A stretch of 63,994 nucleotides of DNA, counting the filler, from Octopus bimaculoides (lineage: Eukaryota), in NCBI RefSeq assembly GCF_001194135.2. It is 4 parts of 4 records of this genome, joined end to end, with 100 filler letters (N's around TTAATTAATTAA, not from the genome) between each part and the next. Parts side by side here need not be neighbours in the genome. Positions count along the whole stretch, not along the records: positions 43,292 to 62,794 come from NC_068982.1; positions 62,895 to 63,994 come from NW_026333833.1; 2 more parts are not named here. The stretch is one strand, 5' to 3'. Positions 54,890-63,994 of this stretch are shown here, in pieces. The position numbers and the translations under genes are program-made. Position 1 is the first letter of the stretch, and every line of letters starts with the position of its first letter. The notes beneath the pieces are model-generated. The model saw only the letters and a list, made by a program, of their open reading frames with translations. It had not been told where the DNA came from and ran no database searches.

Positions 54890-57619
54890 NNNNNNNNNNN
54901 NNNNNNNNNNNNNNNNNNNNNNNNNNNNNNNNNNNNNNNNNNNNNNNNNNNNNNNNNNNNNNNNNNNNNNNNNNNNNNNNNNNNNNNNNNNNNNNNNNNN
55001 NNNNNNNNNNNNNNNNNNNNNNNNNNNNNNNNNNNNNNNNNNNNNNNNNNNNNNNNNNNNNNNNNNNNNNNNNNNNNNNNNNNNNNNNNNNNNNNNNNNN
55101 NNNNNNNNNNNNNNNNNNNNNNNNNNNNNNNNNNNNNNNNNNNNNNNNNNNNNNNNNNNNNNNNNNNNNNNNNNNNNNNNNNNNNNNNNNNNNNNNNNNN
55201 NNNNNNNNNNNNNNNNNNNNNNNNNNNNNNNNNNNNNNNNNNNNNNNNNNNNNNNNNNNNNNNNNNNNNNNNNNNNNNNNNNNNNNNNNNNNNNNNNNNN
55301 NNNNNNNNNNNNNNNNNNNNNNNNNNNNNNNNNNNNNNNNNNNNNNNNNNNNNNNNNNNNNNNNNNNNNNNNNNNNNNNNNNNNNNNNNNNNNNNNNNNN
55401 NNNNNNNNNNNNNNNNNNNNNNNNNNNNNNNNNNNNNNNNNNNNNNNNNNNNNNNNNNNNNNNNNNNATATATATATATATATATACATACACGCACGCA
55501 TACATGTATATATGTACACACAAATACACACAAATTATGTAAAAATTTGCATTTTTCTCAGCAGTTATATTAAAAACAATTTTACAATCTGAAGGTTTAC
55601 TCTTGTAGATTACAAGTTTATTATTCTTAAATACTGCCAAAGATTTTCTTGTTTAAGAAATATGTGTGTGTGTGTGTATGTGTGTGTGTGTGTGTGCATA
55701 CGCATACACATATTGAAAGCACGTCTGCGTTCTAATTTTCTATTTTTCATCGATATGAAACATTTGATTATGTATACAGCTAGAATATTCGAATTGTGTA
55801 TGAAGCATGTTTAAAAGACATGTCCGCCATGTATATGCAGATATGTATGCCTGAGTGTGCATGTGTGTGTATTCTTTTTTATAATGTATTATGAGTGAAA
55901 GAAAATGGAACGGCAACTAAAAATTAGGAGAGAATGTTTTACGGTTGATGAGTCATGAGGTTTTATATGCTTCTCTAATTGTCAGTGAAGTGGATTGTTG
56001 TCTGTTGTAAACTTTCTGAAAAACAATATGGGTGAGGGTTATTTTCGTAATATTACCATCGTTATAATAAGCCTGATTGGCAACAACAGGAAATGAACTG
56101 GAAGAGGTCTACCATGGCTGTCTAGTAGCGATCACAGTAGCCTGGGGCAGGTTAATAACACAAGAGATACTGCATAGCCGCTGAAAACTTCGAGGGTTGC
56201 CATAAAAATTACGATGAGGAATTCATTACATCTGAAACAGATTTCCTTCGAATGAGATTAAAACAGCAGGGAACAAGTATAGCTGTTCCTCGAACTAGAA
56301 TACATGGAGACCAGGGGAGTAGACTGTATAATTTCCATCTTGAGTGGACGGAAGTTAAATGGAAAGTCAAGCTGTCCCATCGTGAAAGAAAACTAGCAAA
56401 TTTATTCTTAATCTAGTAATCTAGCTTTCGAAAATTCTTCATTTTCATCGGCTATGTATCTATTGGAGGCGGAGAAATCAGTTGACAGACCACGGAGATA
56501 AAGATACATCGACGCTGGAAGCTACAACCGTGTTATAAGGTGGAATCGAGGAATTTGATGAGAAAAATAGGACTTACAACAATTTTATACACGCTATACA
56601 AGTGAAAGAAATAGGGAAGAAGGGCGACTTAATCTGTTAGAAAGATGAGCTACACGCAGAGAACGAACGAAAATGTTCAAAACAAAAGCAAAACTCGAGA
56701 GGAAAAAAGAAGACAAACAAATTTGATACTGTGGAAAAGCAGAGAAATTTAAGTTAAACGTCTAAAGGATGAGTTTGAAACAGTAGAAACCACACTGATA
56801 TTCTTGTCACTTCCTAGTAAATGCACGGATGGATATTGACGAATTGCTTGCATTGATACAATCATTCCAACTTCCGGAAATATAGCGAAAATGGTGCCCG
56901 GATTGAATATCATAGCAAAGGAATACTTTTTACATCTAAGCATTACCATAATTATCAATACATACTTATTTCCATTAGTTTTCAAAAACTGTGGACTTAC
57001 GAAGATTATTGTTGATAAGCAATGCAACGCTTTCAAGCACAAGATAAATGCCGTTTTACACTGTATTGCTTAAATATTCTTCTTCTTAACCATCACTTAT
57101 TGATTTATTTCAGAGTTTATACAACTATTTTGTACATTCTAAGAGAATTTGGAAGCCCATAAGGTAAATAATAAAACAAAGAGGAAAAAATTGTTTCTGT
57201 TTCGTGACAGGAGATAGAAAATAGCGGAAAGTGTGTTAAAATCTAAATGTATACTGGACTATAATACATTTGTTTTCTTTGTTTTTTCTAATACTGATGC
57301 CCAAAATATTCTTATGGTTTTCTGCTCGAATAATAAATCTTGGCTATGAAAATGGGAACAATAATACTCGGAAATACCACACACACACACACTCATACAC
57401 AACGCATGCCCATATAAGCATGCCTAGACGTCTGCAGATATATAAAATCACACATGCGAATGCACATAGAATCACACACACACATAGAATCACACACACA
57501 CACATACACCCCCCACACACACACACACACTCGCATATATGCGAATGTGTATACATGTATATGCAGTAAACGTATTTGTGAGTAATTGTGTAATGGCTTA
57601 CATATATATTCAAAGAAAA

Positions 57620-57848
57620 CAAAGGATAATGCTCCTTCATAAGGCGAATAGATTTATAGGGCCCGTTTACCGGTTCCTGAGGCGTATATATTCTGCACCT
57701 GGACGGGTCGCCGGTCCATTGCAGGAATACTCATTTTTGCCAGCTGAGTGGAACAACGTGAGATGAAGTATCTTGCTCAAGTACACAAAGCATCGGCCGG
57801 TCCAGGAAACGAATCTATGATCTTACGATCGTGAGTTTAGCCCTTTAA
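57620..57848 (-). mobile_element. Diverged CORE-like SINE (head B, tail X)
   Basis: CACCTGGACGGGTCGCCGGTCCATTGCAGG...TTTTTGCCAGCTGAGTGGA...CTTGCTCAAG, as in 23063-23325. Confidence 0.75.
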
Positions 57849-58258
57849 TTGTTCTGTCACGCGCCTCCAGAATGTTACACACGCCACATGCCCCTCCCCA
57901 ACCACCACACACACGCAAGCACATAAAAACGCGCGTGCGCATAGATATACACGCACACATACGCACATGCATACAGAGAGAGAGAGAAACACACACGCAC
58001 ATACGCAAATGCACACACGCAGACAAAGACACTGACACACTCACACGCGCACATAGGCACTCACACACACACACCCACTCACTCACTCACACACAAACAC
58101 ACAAACACATACACACAAACACACACATACATACAAAAGTACTCACAGGCATACACGCGTAAGTTTTAGCATCAACGTTATTTTACAAGAAATTAACTAA
58201 AGATTACATTTAAACTCGTATATCAAAAGTTAGCTAATTGTACCTTTGACCCATTAAG

Positions 58259-58307
<49 letters not shown>

Positions 58308-59877
58308 CTCCGTATATATAATTTATATAAGGGCATTACAATATAATAATGCCTCACGCTTAGAGGGNNNNNNNNNNNNNNNNNNNNNNNNNNNNNNNNN
58401 NNNNNNNNNNNNNNNNNNNNNNNNNNNNNNNNNNNNNNNNNNNNNNNNNNNNNNNNNNNNNNNNNNNNNNNNNNNNNNNNNNNNNNNNNNNNNNNNNNNN
58501 NNNNNNNNNNNNNNNNNNNNNNNNNNNNNNNNNNNNNNNNNNNNNNNNNNNNNNNNNNNNNNNNNNNNNNNNNNNNNNNNNNNNNNNNNNNNATTACGAT
58601 GAAAGTAAACAAACAAACGAAGTTTGCTTTAGAAGTAAAATAAACCAGGATACAATACATATTAATAAACTAAAAAGAATGATCAATATTTAAAGCTATA
58701 TAGTTTCGCTGACGGAATCCATTTTAGCGAGTAGAATAAGTGAAAATAATTTATGTTATATACAAAAACATTTCTGGTAGGATCGTTTCAACTTTATCGA
58801 AGAGAAATAAGAAAACATTGTAAACATTCCCACAGTACAACGACACCATTATTCATCCAACGGGCTCAAAAGATAATCAATAATAACCCCATAAAAACAA
58901 TGAAAACCATCCGCCAACGACGCTTAGGTAGCAGAGTGGGATTTCAGAACTATCGTGCGGGAGGGAATTTGATACAAATCGTATGTACTGAGTAGAGATA
59001 CTTCCTTATCTGGAACGACATAGCGAAACTGTTTGATTTCTGCGACGCGGTTAGTTAACAGGTATAAAGACCTTCACAAACGTAGAATTGCTTAAAATGT
59101 CTTTCATGCAATAACAAATGTTTTCTGAAAGAATATGAGATGCTCCAACTGGAATGCTTTTAATGCTAGGCTTGCTCGAAAGTGGCTGAGTGGTAAACAA
59201 AAATAACACAGAGGACACTACTAGCGATCACACACATGTGAGTGGATTTACAAAAGAATAATGCGTCGTTGATACATTCACCTCTGTGACTTCATTAAAA
59301 TGGATGGGTTGATCATGTGTGTAACGTCAACTGAAAGGCTTGTATCTAGCAGTTAAATGATAAACTTACGTTCAATCACCATTCTGTAAATATGGCTAAA
59401 CAACGATATCAAAGTGATCAAAGAACATGATATGTAGTCATTTCATCTGCCAGAGATAATAGTCAATTAAAATCAAACTGTACCCTCTTAAGATACAGAG
59501 TCGATGAAAAATTGTGTAACTGTACAATAAAGAGAATTGCTCATTCCATTCTACTTGTTAATGTATTTCTGTCTGTGTGTATCGTCATTAGTAAATACAC
59601 ACACAAACATATATTAAGATTCAGGAGAAAAAGGCGCTTAAATAGTAAGTTACTGGATCAGGTCAGAATTAAAATGCAACTATAGACGAATACAAACATT
59701 TTACCGAAGTACAGGCTGCGTGGAATCACAAAATATGGACATGTGCATTTTATATGTCTTTAAATGTTCCTGACACTGTGGTTCATGTATTGATAGGAAG
59801 AAAAGGTTTTTTATAATGATATAATGTATCCATTAATCAATTAAAGAAATTGTTGGAAACAGCTGTAATGAATTGTT

Positions 59878-59942
<65 letters not shown>

Positions 59943-59948
59943 AAGAGA

Positions 59949-60240
59949 GGCAGGAGTGGCTGTGTGGTAAGTAGCTTGCTTACGAACCACATGGTTCCGG
60001 GTTCAGTCCCACTATAGCCTCACGGCTGACCAAAGCATTGTGAGTCGATTTGGTAGAAGGAAACTGGAAAAACCCGTCGTATATATGTATATATATGTGT
60101 GTGTATTTATGTTTATGTGTCTGTATTTGTCCCCACCCCCCAACATCGCTTGGCAACCGATGCTGGTGTGTTTACGTCACCGTAACTTAGCGGTTCGGCT
60201 AAAAAACCCGATAGAATAAGTACTAGGCTTACAAAGAATA
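59949..60240 (+). mobile_element. Head-C SINE with 30-bp internal deletion, 3'-truncated
   Basis: GGCAGGAGTGGCTGTGTGGTAAGTAGCTTGC... matches 41776; ends at GGCTTACAAAGAATA. Confidence 0.9.
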
Positions 60241-60501
60241 TATATATATATATACACACACATATGTACGTATATACATACAGGCACATACATATGTTAG
60301 TATATATGTTTTATTTATATATAGAAATATAATCATACATATATATATTGTGTATATGCACACACAAACACACACATACACATATACATACATACACATG
60401 CATGTATATGCATGTGCGCGCCATATTTATTTCTGCATAAACCTTCTGTATTTGTATGCATATATGTATGTGCCTATATCTATGTATTTACGCATGTATA
60501 C

Positions 60502-60548
<47 letters not shown>

Positions 60549-62588
60549 GTACACATACACACATACACTCATGCAGTTATATGTTATGTGTTCGTTGTGC
60601 GTGTAAGTTAAAACAATGGGTGGGTCATTTAGAAACATCATTAGTGATGCGGGTATTATCAAGAAAAGAAGGCGGGTTTGAAACCGACCGGGGCGAGGTG
60701 GAAGTGTATATAACATAAAAGAACTGTTTAATATAAAAGTTGCATGTGAGATAACACCCATGGAGTCGCCATGTTTCTCATAGGGCATTTTCTGTTATTG
60801 TTGTTGTTTTAATTGTTATTGTTGTTACTGTTGATGTTATTATTGTTGTTTTTGTTCTGAGTGTTGTTCATATATTTGCCTGTCTTCATTATTGTTGTTT
60901 GCGTTGCTGTTTATTTTTGTAAGGCCGTGGTACAGTTATTGTTATTGATGTTTAGTTTCTTGGTTTCCTTGCTATTGTTTTCATTGCTTTTAATATTAAT
61001 TTCATTGTTGTAATTATTATTTACCTTATTCCTGATTACTGTTTTAGTTGTGTTTTTGTTCGCATTATTCCTGTCGTTACTCAAGTTTCTATTGTAATTA
61101 TTTGTATTATGGTTGCCATATTAGTCTATATTTCACATTGTAATTATTGATAATATTTTCTCTATCTTAGTATTTATATTGATGTTTGTTTCATCATTAC
61201 TGTCATCACTATTGTTAGCGATAGACAAGTATATGAAGACAATAATCCTGGGTTAAGTCCGGTCTGTTAGACTTTTGTTTTAAAGGATTAGTAGCTAATT
61301 TCACACTTATTGTCTTAGGCTACCGCAAAATAAATGAAAACAGTCAGATTTTCATGGTCAGCAAATCAGCAATGTTCTTGTCGTCTTGGGCCTATATGAA
61401 GTTTTGGGGTTATAGGATACATTGATTGCTGAAGGAATCCTCTCCGATGATTGCAAATTGGCATGGAATCTCTAAGATAAGCGCAGCCTGAACTTTGGTG
61501 CCCCGTCGTTCATAAGATGATTCTATCTAGTGGGGTATGTTACAATCAAATCCTGAAAAACAAGTGTCATTGTCACTCGATAAACTCTTTTGAAGGTGCT
61601 TCTGACAAGTGAAATGTAAACGTATTCCAATAACATAGGAAGGTCTTATATATGCTTGATATCTCACTATAGTGAAGATGTTCGAAAGTGAAGACAGTGT
61701 GAGCTGTTTCGATGTGAGTCATTGCACTGCTTTAAATTACAGTATACAAAACAAGACTAGATAGAGAAATAGAAAATAGTATATTGGATCCCCTAAATTT
61801 ACCACGGAAACGTTATTAATAAGAAAATCAAAGCAGAAAAAAAAAGAAACAACTAACGATACGTAGTAAATGCTTAATATAAAAAGATTTAATTCAAACA
61901 GTCGTGTATTCATACATGTGTGTGTATGTGTGTGTATGCATATATGTATGTCTGTATACATACATACACACATACATTCACACAAACATGCATGCATTCA
62001 TACATAAATACATACATACATACAAACACACGTGTACGCGCGTGTGTGCGCATGTATATCGCTGCTGCTTTACATGACGACGATGCTGACTAATTATGAA
62101 TGCGATGAGGACGACAACGGCCTAAACGATCATGATTGCAACAATGAGAAGAACAAAGAAGAGATGAAAGTCTTAGAAGCAAGAGTGAAAGACGGTGTTC
62201 TTACATCAATGTAAATGTGGACTCCACTGCCGAGTATTTTCATTGAGCATATAAGTGTTTTGTTTATATTTTGTTATTTTACTTTCGTTTACCCTGTGGT
62301 CGCAGTCGACCAACCAATCAGTAACGAGGACGTATATTGAAAATAGACTTGTGTTGGCCTTCAAAACAAATGGCTGCTTGAATAGTCATGAAGGCTAGCG
62401 GGTGGTAATGTAAGTGTAGGAAATGGCGGTGTTTTGTTGCTACTGGCCTACATATGTATTACATGCTGTCAATTCCTAATAACAATTCTGTAAAGAGATT
62501 ATTCCATTACTCTTTGTCATATAGACACAAATGCGAACACGTAAATATATGTACAAATACATAATAAAAGAAAAAAGTGTGTGTGTCT

Positions 62589-62626
<38 letters not shown>

Positions 62627-62894
62627 GCATAAATATATACACATACATATATATTTTATATATAGAGTGATATATATATATATATCTATATATATGTATA
62701 TGCACATATATATATATAATATATATATATGTATATGTACATATATATATATCTATCTATTTATATGTATATGTACATATATATATAATATATANNNNNN
62801 NNNNNNNNNNNNNNNNNNNNNNNNNNNNNNNNNNNNNNTTAATTAATTAANNNNNNNNNNNNNNNNNNNNNNNNNNNNNNNNNNNNNNNNNNNN

Positions 62895-63994
62895 AACTGC
62901 ATTGACTTCGTAAATAGAAATCTCAAGCATCCTCCCATGGGGGTCGTACCAGTTTTGAATACTTCAATAGCAAAAAGACGAATTCACTGTACGTACTAAG
63001 AACTATGATCACATCTCACTGGGCAAGTTGAAGCATCACTTACGCTTCAAATGTTATCACTGAAGAACAAATGTTATTTCTGAAATATTATCACCAGAGC
63101 TGAAAGTGAAACATATCGTCAACGCAAGCAAATGCTGCATTTCAAACAGCGGCCATTTTTTTCAGAGCTAGAAATACTTCAGACCTCTAACAATTACTAA
63201 TCTTCTGCGAATTCCAGGTGAAACTTAGCGGTTTAATAAAAGTTGCTTTGTTGCCTTGAACATTAGTAAAGATATTGACTGGTCTTTTATAAGTGCTTCC
63301 TGTGAAAACTACTCGTCTATGGACACCTCATTCGTCTCTTAGATTAGTAGCTTCTTCTTAGATCTAATTTTCACGGTCTGTGCTTTTGTGTCTCAATCTG
63401 ACCTGCATTCTACCAGGTCTGCTGTTCTCCATGCTTCGATTTTGTTACCAAGTCAGCCTCCTGGGGCTCCTGGGTCTCCTGGGCCTCCCGGGCTTCAACT
63501 AGCCTTTTAGATTCTTAGTTCCCTCTTAGATCTCATTGTTGCAGCATGTCTTGCTGTGTCTCAGTTTGAGTTACACACTGTCAGTTTGCGTTCGATTTTA
63601 TCTTCCATACCCAACTTCTTATACAACTGCGACCTATTTGCTGTCATCTTCAACAACGCCCATTACTGGTGTGTGTGTTGGCATGTCTTGCTCAGACGCA
63701 AAATCTGTCAGCTCTGGTCTGCTTCATGTTACGGTTTTGTCATCCCCACTCAGCATCTATTCAACAATGGCGTACTTTAAACAACGCCCATTATGCACAG
63801 ATGATACTATTCTTAATCTCTCTCTAATCTTAACACACCCAAGCATCCTCTAACATACAACCCGAACATCTCGCTGCAAAACTGCATTGACTTCGTAAAT
63901 AGAAATCTCAAGCATCCTCCCATGGGGGTCGTACCAGTTTTGAATACTTCAATAGCAAAAAGACGAATTCACTGTACGTACTAAGAACTATGAT
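62895..63994. repeat. Direct repeat: 62895-63009 identical to 63880-63994 (period 985 bp)
   Basis: 115 bp match base for base. Both copies are cut off, the first by a pad and the second by the window end. Confidence 0.9.

Noticed and set aside
56580-57073. Protein-like broken frames (ERNREEGRLNLLER; MDIDELLALIQSFQLPEI)
   Set aside because: Multiple stops and no recognisable motif; cannot be assigned without a search.
62032-62214. Acidic 60-aa ORF (YECDEDDNGLNDHD...) and its antisense hydrophobic frame
   Set aside because: Starts in a microsatellite, lacks convincing splice sites, and the TM-like antisense frame is the usual mirror of GAC/GAT/AAC triplets.

Overview
AT-rich, microsatellite-dense, gap-ridden animal genomic DNA with no confidently identifiable protein-coding gene. 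The SINE families, repeat landscape and the N44-TTAATTAATTAA-N44 scaffolding pads are what I recall from Octopus (cephalopod) draft assemblies; this is an inference, not a search result. Almost all ORFs in the supplied track come from microsatellites or N gaps. Supportable content: (1) about 20 copies of tRNA-derived SINEs from at least four head/body types with interchangeable 3' tails, several with target-site duplications; (2) DNA transposon relics: a maT/DD37D-like element with perfect 27-bp TIRs, two mariner fragments, a Tc1/DD34E pseudogene, a hAT-Charlie MITE and a non-autonomous Helitron with TC...hairpin-CTAG ends; (3) a Penelope-like (PLE) GIY-YIG endonuclease pseudogene with its pseudo-LTR; (4) a probable LTR remnant; (5) a 508-bp element embedded in (TAA)n; (6) a 115-bp direct repeat with a 985-bp period at the window end. 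The most interesting signal is six minimal type-I hammerhead-ribozyme-like motifs from three sequence lineages. Two near-identical copies inside (TA)n share a non-canonical core (CUGUUGA, A6U) with an intact GUC site. Also notable are a 35-bp perfect hairpin and a few exon-like islands that cannot be confirmed from sequence alone.
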